Shown here: piece after piece, positions 52,147 through 64,000 of the stretch
Numbering within the stretch: position 1 is the stretch's first letter
How the letters are laid out: each line of letters begins with the position of its first letter
NCBI RefSeq assembly: GCF_036588685.1
Contig: NC_086386.1
Span: 47,554,001-47,618,000, forward strand
DNA from: Mytilus trossulus
Taxonomy: Eukaryota
DNA: 64,000 nt
Reading direction: 5' to 3'
Made by a program: the position numbers and the translations under genes
Notes under the pieces: generated by a model
Seen by the model: the letters and a program-made list of their open reading frames with translations, nothing else
What the model was told of the DNA's origin: nothing
Databases searched by the model: none

Positions 52147-53595
52147 AACTTTTCCATTGCAATTCTTGATATCATACTATTATATTTTACCTTCGCACAA
52201 CCGCTGTTTCATATTTGTATTTAATAATAACTTTGACGGTTTGCTTGAATATGTTATAGGGATGTTGACTTTAGTAAACGTAACCTTGGATTAACATGGT
52301 TAACGCACACCTTTCTCGTAGATAATAACAAATACAACGTACCTTTCAACTTTTCAAAAATATAGTCAGTAACAGCATCCTATCTGTAAACGTAATGTTT
52401 CTTGTAAAGATTAATATAAACGATATTAATCACCATATATTTAATTACAATTGTCTTACATAGAACTAAACCACTAGACATTGATATATTTAAACTTAGG
52501 ATAAATTTTGTATCTTTTAATATCAAAATCAACTAGCATGATAGATTCGCAAAGTCAACAAAACTGTTCTTTCATTCAATGATCTGACGGTTTTAAATAC
52601 GGTAAGATGAAATTTCACGAAACCTGTTATTAGTGTTTGCTTCTGATTTCCCTTCTTTTCGTGGACGGCAGTATCCAACCAGCAACTTAACTATTTTCCT
52701 GCAGTAGTACCACTAAAGTGTTTTTTTTATTACCTCGTTCAAGCTGATAGCCATCTCGTTACTAGCTGCACAGTGCACTGATTGTGTGTTTTAGTTTTAC
52801 GAAATATCATGTATGTATATGGCTTAGATTCACCACAGGTTGTACCTGTACCGAGTCAGATTATCTGGACCAGGTGTTGGTCCTTGTTTTTGTTGTGTTT
52901 GTTTGTCTCATTTGTTCCCGGAGTAGTTGTGTGGTGGTTGTTACTGTAGTGTGTTGTACTATGTGGTACCTATTTGCGATGCATGTGATCCCCTTTTATG
53001 CATTATAAAATATGAAAAAGGACACTTTATAAAACACTACACAATTAGATTGATACTGATCGATACGAACGCCATCATTAACCAGGGATGAACTCGGATG
53101 AACACATTACATAGAAATATATACCAGTGCTTAATTATTTGGTGTTTTGAAATTTGCAAATTTGATATGATTAACAGCCTCCTTAGTACTTTATTATTCC
53201 TTAATTGTCACATCCAATATTAGTGATTTGCGAAATAATACTCTACATAACAATTTATGTGATTATAAAGAAAAAGTTCAGCGACATTTTAAAGACGTCT
53301 TCAATGTCAGCTTGATTAAGATATACGAGTACCCTTGCTTCTTACTTCAAGTTTAATTATTTAGTCATCAAAAGTGTACCTAGGTGGAAAGGTGTTTTTT
53401 TCCTTAGCCTTAACAAATGACATAAAAGATTAAATTATATTATTTTCTTTCTTTGTCTTCGTCAAATGTAAACCCCAGCTTTGGAAAATCTTTAGATACT
53501 GTATTTACTAGTTCAATCACAGTATTCATCTATATTGACAAACGTTAGAGTTCTTAGTTCCTAGGAATGAAATACAACCGTTCCATCTTTTCAAT

Positions 53596-53838
53596 AAAAT
53601 ACATTTTGATATACAAATTCATTTTGATATACAAATTCATTCTGATATACAAATACATTTTGATATACAAATTCATTTTGATATACAAATTCATTCTGAT
53701 ATACAAATTCATTTTGATATACAAATTCATTTTGATATACAAATACATTCTGATATACAAATACATTTTGATATACAAATTCATTTTGATATACAAATTC
53801 ATTTTGATATACAAATAAATTTTGATATACAAATTCAT
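53596..53838 (+). repeat. 18-bp minisatellite, about 13 copies
   Basis: Unit aaattcattttgatatac. Confidence 0.95.
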
Positions 53839-54364
53839 TAATTTTGTCCTGCAATAACATATCAACAAACGTTAGTGATAATAGATGAAACATGTTAACT
53901 GCATGATAATCACAAGAATTAGAAAATGTTCAATGACTGAATTTTTAATTACGTTCGATGTCTTATGAATACATTATCAAATGTTTTAAATATATAATAA
54001 AAAAAAGAAGAAATACTTTATAATCCTTCAAATCGAATGATTCAATCAGCTCCGAAGAAAACATCAAAAGAAGATAGGGCGATTTTCGTTTAGACATTTA
54101 TTCTAAGGTATACAAAGGGACAGAGAAATACTTGATGAATACTTTTTTTAAAGGAGATACAAGGAATATGTATTGGTTATTTAAAAAAAAAATGCCATGA
54201 GTCAGGGGGTCGAACTGGTTTGTTTTCAAGAACCAAATATTAATCATTGTGATCTTTAAAATATTTCACTTAAATAGTGCACTTATAAAAGAGAGAACAA
54301 TTGTATATCATTAACAGTATTCTTAGTCCTTTATTTTCACATCCACACATGTATATTTTACATT

Positions 54365-54610
54365 TGTACCTAGTATGTCTGTTTGTTTTGTTAACGCATC
54401 GTTGTTAATATAACGGAATTTGATGCGACTGTCATACAAGTGAGACCAGGTTTCAATCCACATTTTTTCTACATAAGAAAATGCCTGTACCAAGTCAGGA
54501 ATATGACAGTTGTTATCCATTTGTTTGATGTGTTTTTGTTTGTTTTGCCATTTGCTTGGAGACTTTCCGTTTTGATTTTTTCTCGGCGTTCAGTATTTTT
54601 GTACTTTTCC
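54365..54610 (+). repeat. Representative of an abundant dispersed family (tgtaccaagtcaggaatatgacagttgtt)
   Basis: Related copies at about 4260-4560, 6780-6915, 9135-9260 and 50390 (+), and 18560-18735, 23845-23956 and 36820-36975 (-). Confidence 0.8.
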
Positions 54611-57600
54611 TTTTTTTTTGTAATTTTCGAGATAGTAATACACAATTACTGATTTTTGATGGGGCAAATATGCGGATTTATTGACTTTTGAAAACTTATA
54701 TTTACTGAGCCCAACGGTCGAAGTAAATGTCACATATTTTTTTAAAAGTCAATTACGCCACATATTTACTGATACAAAAGACAGTATTATTTCATGATAC
54801 TAGAGAGAAAAATATGTGTGCAATATCAATTATTTTCCAAAACAAACTGTACGTCAATCATTTTACTATTATCATACAGTACATAAAAGCACGCACATAG
54901 ATAAACCTTTTAAAGTTTTGATATTATTGAATAATATGCACTATGCTTTATGGGATGATATATAAACGGTCAGCGACATTTTCTGTCAAAGAAGTCGTCA
55001 ATGTCAGTTTGTTTGAGATATATGAGTACCCTAGCTATTTTAAAATTCAAGATTAAATGCATGGTCATCAGAAGTGTTGTTGTAATATAAATTTTTAACA
55101 AAACAAAGGTTCATATACACATTCATTTATTTTGTTTGTCATGCAATAACATATCAATTTGTGTATAAACAAACGGTAGTGATAATAGATTATACACGTT
55201 AACTGAATGCTAATCACGAGATTTAGAAAAATGTTCAATATGTGTATTTCCATTACGTTCAATGTAGAATACAAACACATATATTATTAAAAAACAGTAT
55301 CTTTTTCACGTACCAAATATTATTTATTTTGTTCTATGATTACATGATATTTTTTTTATGAAATCAGTTTTTTTCCTTAACTATATTAACTTACTGATAA
55401 TCTCAAATGACGAAACATTTCAATTAAATTGTGCATTTACAGCAAAACACAAAGTGCTAATCATTAAAGTATTCTTAGTCCTTTATTTTCACATTCACAC
55501 TTGTTAATTTTCGAGATTATACTCTACATTTAAATTAGTTAAATGATATGTAAAAAGTTGAACGACATTCTTAGAGAAGTCATCAACCTCAGTTTCAGAC
55601 ATATGAGTACCCTAGCTATTTAATTCCAGCTTAATTGTATAGTCATTCGAAGTGTTGTTGAGAACTATAAATGTTCATATACCCGTTCATTTATATTGTT
55701 TGTCATGCAATAACATAATCAATCTGTGTATAAACAAATGTTAGTGATAATAGATTAAACATATTAACTGCATGATAATCACGAGATTTAGAAAATGTTT
55801 AATATATGTATTTTCCATAACTTTGGATATTTAAAACTTAAGGTAGGACAATACACAATCACCTGTTAATAGATAATTAAAATAAAACGAAAATATAACC
55901 CCAAAAAATAAAATATAAGATTAAAATTATTCAATCTGCTCCTAATGGGACTTTTAATTTATACAAATCTTCATCAACAGTCATACAGACATGATTTATG
56001 ATACGACGTCTGTAACAATGTGTTCAATTGGACAGAAAATAACTTTATAAACCCTTTTTGTAAAGGAGATACAATTAAAGATCGTTGGTTCTTTCAAAAG
56101 GTACCATGAGTCCGGAAGGCAAATGTTTTGGTTTAAGTCAAAAATACCTATCCATTATGTCATTTCTTTAACACCATAGTTGTGACGTCTTTTCATGTTA
56201 ACTTTCCATGTACAAATTAAAAGAGTGGCAAAAGATGCAGAGGGATATTCAAACTCATGTATCGAAGATAAACTAACAACGCCATGGCTGAAAAAGAAAA
56301 AAAAGACAAACAGAAAAAAACAATAGTACACAAAATACAACATAGAAAAGACAAAGGAAAACGAACCCAACAAAAAACCTGGGGGTGATTTCATGTGCTT
56401 CGGAAGGGTACGAAGATCCTGCTCCATACGTTGAACCCGTCTTGTTGCTAGTGTTAGCAAAAACTTTTAATTCATAAACTCAAATGAGCACTTGTTTTTC
56501 TAAACTGACACAATTAGAAAATTATGTAATATCACAAGTATACACGTGATAGATTTAAATCATGAACAAAATATACTTATATGAACTTAAGAATGTATTT
56601 GCAACGATAATGTAGCCTTGCAGTCTTTAATATGATTACTGATCAACTAGATACTTCACTTTTTTTGTATGAAGGATAATAGTGGTTTATATTTCCTGCA
56701 ACGTATGCACTATGCATTATAATTTTCGAGTCAGCCAACAATTTGTAAACAGAAATAATTTTTAAATGATACACAACGGTACAAAATTGTCATATATGAC
56801 TTATGCCTTTATTGATGTGAAAAACACTAAACAAATCATTGTCTCGTAAGGAAAATACTATGAGCCATCCAACTCATGTTTTCATAAAGCGCTTCAATCC
56901 TTATCCATTATTTCTTCTGTATATGATAAAAATTTAAAAAAAAAAGAAGATATTTCAGCAATCATTTAGAAAACGGCTTTCAAATTTTTACTTAGTCATC
57001 ATTTAAGAATATTATTCTGTCGAGACATGCGTTTAAAAATATAAGCACCCCAAAAAGCAAAGTTACCCAAAGACATCTAGAGATCAATAAAGACACTCAA
57101 ACAATGGATTGGCGCGTAAACAATATATTTAGAGTTAAGTTGTACAATAAATAAGGAAATGGATTTAACAGAAACATTCAGAAATTTGGAATTTCAATAC
57201 TATTTTGCACATCGTGTTTCCCTCTCTCTTCAAAATAAGGAAAATATTAACGTTAAGACACAGGACAAGCAATAACAAGGATCTTGCGTAATGAGAGGCA
57301 TTTGAAAATGTGGCTTAGTAAAACCAGTTTTTGAGATTTGAAAAGACTGAGTCATATCAGCACGACGCCTTCTGTAAGTAAGAGAAAAGAAGCTTAGTTA
57401 TATAAATGTTATCAGCATTTTATCTGTGCATATAACGGTAAAAATAGGACGCTTTCTGCCTTTTGAAATAATATCGTTAATTGAACTGAAACTATATCCA
57501 ACCTCGGAATAGTTCATTCATTCATCAACTGTAAGGACCAGATGCATGCAAATTAACTATCCTGTAGATAATTTTAATTAGTCATTGCATAAAGTCATGC

Positions 57601-58598
57601 CTTTTCATACTAGTTATGACATCTTCACACTTAAACCGTTCGATGTGTACTGCTTGACATACCAATCTGGGTATCGTGGTTATATATAAGATTAAAATGG
57701 AATTAGAACTAGAGTACTCATCGAGTGTTATATTGGTAACTCTTTGGATTTTTGTTGTGTGTTTGCTTGCTTAGTACCAATCTGATGAGTAATAAAGGCA
57801 ACAGTAGTATACCGCTGTTCGTCATTCATAAATCGATGGAGTAAAAAACAAATCCGGTTTATTAAACATATGCAATTTTACAGTTTAACCTCATGTTGTG
57901 TTGACAAAAATCTGAATCATGCTGTAATTCTTTGTGTAATTGTTTTTAAGATTTGATAATTTTTCGAATGTTTTTGAAAGCCGATTTAGAAAAATGCTTA
58001 AATAAAGTCTGATAAATCATTCAACGAAGCAATAAAATTCGACAATTTTGATAATTCCGAACTGAAATAAAGACCAATCGTAATCTTTTGATCGTGTAAA
58101 TAAAAATCCATTCTAAAGAATAATTTCTCCCATTTAACCCAACTTGTTGCGACTAAAGAGAAGCATGATCGTCACACAATAAATGAAGGGAAGTTAGAAT
58201 AATTGAACACAATCATGACGTGCTATAGTCATACGGTTTGTGACGTCTTAAACCTTAATTTGTTGAAGTAACATTGATAAACCTTTATTCAATGTCTTGT
58301 AGAGAATATTTATTTATTAGATTGAATTGGCTCAAAAGGTGACGTGTTAATTATCATAAGTTTGATATTAGGTCTTTAATGGCTAGTTGTCTCATTAACA
58401 ATCAACGCTACTTTATTTTTATGCTACATAATTGGGTTAAAAGTTTGGAATATGAAATGAAAGTACACAAAATGTCTTCAATATGTAATCACCAAGTTTG
58501 TTGCTTTTACTTTCTATTAAATTTCATATAAGTGTATATCTTTTTTTTTATAGTTTGAAGAGTTGATGACTTTAGCCTAACCCTGAAAATGTCCTGAC

Positions 58599-58846
58599 AT
58601 GGCTACAACAGTTCAACGGAAGACTAGACAATTATCGTCTAGCGACCTTAGAAATTTGGTACACTACAATTCTGAAAGACCAAAGTCCACGCCTATTGAA
58701 ATAGACAATCAGGATGACGAGTCTACGTTTTCACGGTATGCCAGACCTGCTTCTGTCGTACCACAACTTTCCCATAGTAATGATTTAAAAAATGAAAAAC
58801 CAGCAACCATTGTAGAAACAACACCATTACTCACAGAAAGAAGAGA
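58599..58846 (+). CDS. OCA2: OCA2/P-protein-like transporter, coding exon 1 (cytosolic N-terminus with acidic dileucine motif ETTPLL)
   Basis: Acceptor tttttttatag| at 58553, ATG at 58599, donor GA|GTAAGT (phase 2). ETTPLL fits [DE]xxxL[LI] and resembles ENTPLL of vertebrate OCA2 (from recall). Confidence 0.7.
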
Positions 58847-58904
58847 GTAAGTAGTGGTTTTACAATTGTTTATAATAGATACAAACCAATTTATTCATGT
58901 TATG

Positions 58905-59166
58905 AGAGGTGGCATTGGTGGCCATATGATCTAAGTAGTTGATGAATAAATAAGGGGTAACTACTGTATCCGTATAGCCTACCAACATTAAGATTGTGAG
59001 TTCAAATTCCGCTTACAGCATTTTTGCTAGACTAAAACTGAAATTGCAAAGTAATATTGTTTTCATACCGAACTTGGGTGGTTTCCTTTGAGACTCTGGC
59101 TTCCTCTACCAATAAAAACTTACCACAAGGAAATAGCACAATCACGATGAAAGTGGCGTTCAAAAC
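58905..59166 (+). mobile_element. Degenerate tRNA-derived V-domain-like SINE in an OCA2 intron
   Basis: B-box-like gagttcaaattc, central gggtggtttcctttgagactctggcttcctctacc, tail gaaagtggcgttcaaaac. Confidence 0.6.
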
Positions 59167-59322
59167 AAGAATAGTTCATTATCTTAAAATTGCCGGTTGC
59201 AGTAACACTTCAGATGAGGTTATACAGTCTTGTCATCAAATTCACACATCATATATGTATGGCAGATGGAATCGCTATACTGTCTTGTCTTTCTGATTTA
59301 ATTATTTGTGTTTCTCTTCCAG

Positions 59323-59479
59323 GTCAAACCTCACAAGTTCTGTAGAAAGTATTGATAGTGTTTTTTCATGGACTAATTGTAAAGAAAAAGGCAAAGGATA
59401 TTTTAGTTTTAAAAACAAATTTGAAGTTCTGAACCACCTGAAAATTGTTGTGTTATTAGCTGTTGCAATTGCTTGTTTT
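59323..59479 (+). CDS. OCA2: OCA2/P-protein-like coding exon 2 (start of TM1)
   Basis: Acceptor tctcttccag|, phase-compatible. SNLTSSVES...LNHLKIVVLLAVAIACF. Donor TTT|GTAAGT, phase 0. Confidence 0.72.
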
Positions 59480-61102
59480 GTAAGTATCAACGACCAAACT
59501 GCTTTGTAGAATTAAATGTTGTATATCGAGTGAGAATAAGGTATAAGTTTAATTTGAAATATATGTCCGATTACAGTATTGACAAAATTTTGTCAGGAAC
59601 TTATCCTTCATTTAACATCAGCCCTTGCGGTCATCAAACTTTTGAACACGATTTTTGTACTCAGATTTAAGAATTTATCAATCAAAATGATGGATTTCAT
59701 GTTTCGAGCATGATTTTTGTGCTCCAAGCACTGAGCAAAGTTGTATGACTTCAACCCCAGACGTGTTCAATCTTCAGATTTGCAAAAAAAACTTTTAATG
59801 TGAAATATGGGAGCGTCAATTATATAATTGACAATGCGAAATGTTATCCTTCAGATTCCTGTTTGACCTAAGTTATCGTTAATGAAAATGTCGTAATTTA
59901 TTTTAGTAATATATTTTTAGGTAGAATAACCTTTTTTGAAGAAAATAAAATACTGTACAACTATTTATAAAAGTATGCAACCACCATATACTTACCACTT
60001 TTAAACATGTTAGAACAATGTTTGAATATTATGACTAAAAGGAACAGACTAATTTTTGGGTCAGCAAATTTTAAGTTCATTGTTTTAAACGCTCCGGTAA
60101 GAGAAATAATATCTGAATATCGGTTTGTTGCCAAAGAATTGCAATAACTTTTTTCATAGGCTTATTCTATTACAAGTCAGTTATCAATAAATTATCTTTT
60201 AAGCGGAATTATAAATAACCAACTCGACTCAATATGACTAATATGCTATTCATGTATACGAACTTGTACTGCTATTCATATGCAACCCTAATATGAGGAA
60301 TATGATTTTTTTAATTCACATCAATAATTGATAATTATTACATAAGTCTACGGAGAGGAAAGTTATAGAATAAAAATCGGAAACAGAACACAAAATAAAA
60401 CCGCTTTACATAAAATTTTACACAAGGAAATCCTGTTTTTTATTGAAATTGTAGACAAATAATTCATTGTCATTTTATTGATGATACAGCTTATTTGAAA
60501 TTAAAATTATGTAATAGCAATATGTTCATTGTTAATATGGTTATCGTTTTCACCAGGAATGTCAAATTTGAAATTAACTGTAATTATTTCTGAAATTTAA
60601 TTAGGAAGATAAATTTCCATAATAAATATGAAAGTACTATTGAAAAAAAGAATTGAAGATCTGGAAACAAAGTCTATAAATAATGACTTAAACTTTTGTT
60701 TTACGTTACGTTGTATACAAATTAAACGGAATTACATTAAAACGCATAAATATGAACGATTTTGTTTTTATCTTTGTCAAAATGAATAAAAAAAATACAC
60801 AGTACAAAAAAGGTTAAATAGCATTACAATGACTTTGAATGGTCATTACTTTTACATTATGTTTAGAAGATTGTTGTCTGTAATTCATAATTTATTTGAT
60901 GAGATTCTATTTACCGTATGTAAGTAAGTAAAAAATGAAGGATTTACATAATAAAATTCCTGGTATACATATAACTTAGTTTATTTTATTTTTCTAAAAA
61001 AATAATTGTTTTAAACAATATCCCAATAACAATGAAAACTTTACAAATTCTGAATAATATTCTGTTGTTCTGATTACTGATTAACATTTAAGCTATTTTT
61101 AG

Positions 61103-61175
61103 ATCGGAATTATAATCAAAGATGAGAAAGACGAAGAGTGGCATCTTATATCGGTCGACAATGCACATTTAACTT
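61103..61175 (+). CDS. OCA2: OCA2/P-protein-like coding exon 3 (end of TM1, lumenal start); gene continues
   Basis: Acceptor tatttttag|; IGIIIKDEKDEEWHLISVDNAHLT; donor T|GTAAGT. Spliced LKIVVLLAVAIACFIGIIIKDEKDEEWHLISV resembles the OCA2 TM1 plus W-x-L segment. Confidence 0.68.
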
Positions 61176-61472
61176 GTAAGTATCATTGTTAATGTCACCC
61201 AGCCTGTAAATTAGTCAGAAATTTAAACCTTAAGAGGTTCGACACAACGATAGATGATCAAACAATTCTATTGAGTATTGTAGCTGTGTCAAATATTTGC
61301 GACGTTTCTATCGATTTCTGTCGGCATATTGTACTTTTGTAAATCAATGATTGAGGTAAAAATGTTGATTGGAGCATAGTTGAACAAATTTAACTCAAAG
61401 AAATGTAAATATGCCTGTCTTTAGACAGGTATTTCTTCAATGTTTTATTTTCAGTTATATTTTGTGTCCTTT

Positions 61473-61592
61473 ACGTACTTTATTTGGCCTTTTTAACTTT
61501 TTTGGATTCGAGCGTCACTGATGAGTCTTTTGATGAAACGTGCGTCTGGCGTTTATACTAAATTTAGTCCTGGTATCTATGATGAGTTTATT
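61473..61592 (+). ncRNA. Truncated retrozyme with hammerhead (61512-61552), sense to the OCA2 intron
   Basis: gcgtca CTGATGA gtc-tttt-gat GAAA cgtgcg TC^ tggcgt. Confidence 0.78.
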
Positions 61593-64000
61593 AATAAAAT
61601 ATGGAATATATGGCGGTATTTCTGGTGACCTCTGTTAAATTAACCATGTCATAAATCTTGACATTTAAAAAGTAAATTAACAAAAATAACGAAATTCCAG
61701 AAATTTGTATCGACAAAATATTTTTTGGAAAAGTTCAAACACATAAAAGAGCTTGACATATGTTGTGTTGAGTATTGCCTATATGTAACAAACTCATATG
61801 TGTTTTGTGATTTGTTTTTGTCCTTTTCTTGACTGTAATCATTTTCATACTACTTACTACTACAATACATTTGATCGGTTACGCACGAAACTTATAAACT
61901 ATCATTTTCATTTACTTCATTTAAAGCTTTTAAGTTTTTTGTAATCTTTTGAAGGAAAAACCAAAAAAGAAAAGAATTAAGATTACCCAATATGAGTATA
62001 TATGTATATATCCGTTCATCCTATATTGAGTCTAAAAATGAGGGTACATTTTATATTGCCTTCCAAAGACCGTTTCGATCTCCAACATCACTGTCGAAAT
62101 CCGGATCTGGTGTACTAAAAAGATATTGACACCTTTTGTTTGTGGCATAACATCATGACCACAAGTTAATTGTTTTCTTTTTAATATTAGATTTATATTA
62201 AGATCCATTTTGTTACATCTTGTGATCAATTTTATTTGGCAATCGCCAATGGCAGTAAGCAGTGTTAAAGAACATCAGTTGTTCGACTTGTTAGTCAAAT
62301 GCGTTTTGTTTAAATATACTTTTCACTTTTTTGGTCTTTTGGAAAATGTTGTTTGTGCTGTATTTCGACCCTTGTACAACGAAATTTGTTTTACATGCAC
62401 ACGTATAAAATTGCGTTTTTTATCCAACGCAGTCATAGGTTTGAACGTAGTTTTCAATTTATATATACCTTTAACTGTGTTCATAAGGAATAATCATTTA
62501 CCAGGAAACTACAAAGTATACTGATTATACATCAATCTTTTGTCGATAATTTTTACAAGATAGATATACATAATAAACGTTTTGGTTTATATTCTTTAAC
62601 ATAAAACAAAGGATGTTTTATTTTTTTGAATTTTTCGGGAAATTGAGTTTTAACCCTTCTTGTAATTTATAGCTTTGCAGGTATAAGACTATTACACTTA
62701 TCAATCAAAGTCATTATTGCAACCACATGCATGGCAGATCAATTATGAATCAAAGTGTTCACTCTTGTGTTATAATCAAACGCAAAAACAATTACCAATA
62801 TGTCATTTAAAGAGGAAACAGTTTTCTCACAGTAAATGTATCCAAGAGGCTAAGCAAGTATTTAATTTCAACTTTGCATTGCATCATTTCATGGGATTTT
62901 GTTGTTCTCAATTACCAAATTCGTATCATTTTACATAACATGCAGATAACATGTTATCTCGTGTGAAATAAACCTATTCATAAAATAGATAAATGCATGT
63001 TGTCAGGTCATTAAATATTGCATATTTTGGCGTTAATATTGATTCACTTATAGGGTCTTTGCATCGGAAATAAACACATTTAATCAAAAACCAGTTGTTG
63101 GCATGACACGGGTTATGTTCCTCTGATATATGTTATGATGGTATGATACTAAACCCCTAACGGGAAGGATTGTGCCTGATATTCATATGATGAAATCATA
63201 ATCTTTCAATCAGTTTAATTGAAGTCTGGAGCTGGCATGTCAGTTATTATGTATTATTGTCGTTTTGTTTATTTTCTTTGGTTACATCCTCTGACATCAG
63301 ACTCGGACTTCTCTTGAACTGAATTTTCATGTGCGTATTGCAATGCGTTTACTTTTCTACATTGGGTAGAGGTATAGGGGGAGGGTTGAGATCTCAAAAA
63401 CATGTTTAACCCCGCCGCATTTTTGCGCCTGTTCCAAGTCAGGAGCCTCTGGTCTTTTTTAGTCTTGTATTATTTTAATTTTAGTTTCTTGAGTACAATT
63501 TGGAAATTAGTATGGCGTTCATTATCACAGAACTAGTATATATTTGTTTAGGGGACAGCTGAAGGACGCCTCCGGGTGCGGGAATTTCTCGCTACATTGA
63601 AGATCTGTTGATGACCTTCTGCTGTTTGTTTTTTCTATGGTCGGGTTGTTGTCTTTTTGACACATTCCCCTTTTCTATTCTCAATTTTATGGTTATTGTT
63701 TTGGTGTGAAAATTTTTTCATCTTTGATAAAGACAAAAGTGTTCAATGCATTATATTAATGTATACAAACACTTCTGAAACCCGATCGGTTGTTATTATT
63801 TTGGATAGATGGCCTTCAAAGTTATCTTTGCAAAAGTGAAAAATCCTTAGATAAAGGTCGAGCCAAGGTCATTACAGTATCAATATATCTACGCCTACTG
63901 AAACAACAAAGATCGGGACTGTACCTGTTCTGTGAACTGAAATTGATTTTTCAACCGTTTAATTTCTAAATCTTTTTCCAAGTAAAACGAAATCATTAAA

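Noticed and set aside
53554-53893. Three overlapping repetitive ORFs
   Set aside because: Artefact of an 18-bp repeat that is stop-free in several frames.
57782-57800. CTGATGAG as a hammerhead
   Set aside because: No helix II or GAAA; it is a junction of repeat fragments.
62681-62748. Candidate next OCA2 exon after tttgcag|
   Set aside because: The required phase hits a stop after about 22 codons with no donor, and the site appears to lie in a repeat.

Overview
This is AT-rich, intron-containing animal DNA. The repeat content suggests a bivalve, probably Mytilus (inference from repeat recognition, not a search). Two divergently oriented protein-coding genes are present. The first is a minus-strand TRPC-family cation channel with five coding exons (28821->2265, 725 codons; the C-terminus probably lies outside the window). 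The second is a plus-strand OCA2/P-protein-like gene with three coding exons seen (58599->61175). The 19.2-kb TRPC intron holds a full-length 6.4-kb CR1-group LINE with 12-bp TSDs and two apparent lesions. A tRNA-derived Meta+Deu-type SINE at 633-975 shares its 3' tail with that LINE. The most notable non-coding system is a dispersed set of about 10 type I hammerhead-ribozyme motifs (retrozymes). It includes a 355-nt unit bracketed by two hammerheads (predicted circular-RNA precursor), at least four family-specific 8-nt palindromes in helix III, and a Penelope-like RT relic nearby. The rest comprises Helentron/HINE-like elements, MITEs, long palindromes, minisatellites and local duplications. 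Exon boundaries and motifs were read by eye, and family assignments come from recall rather than database searches.
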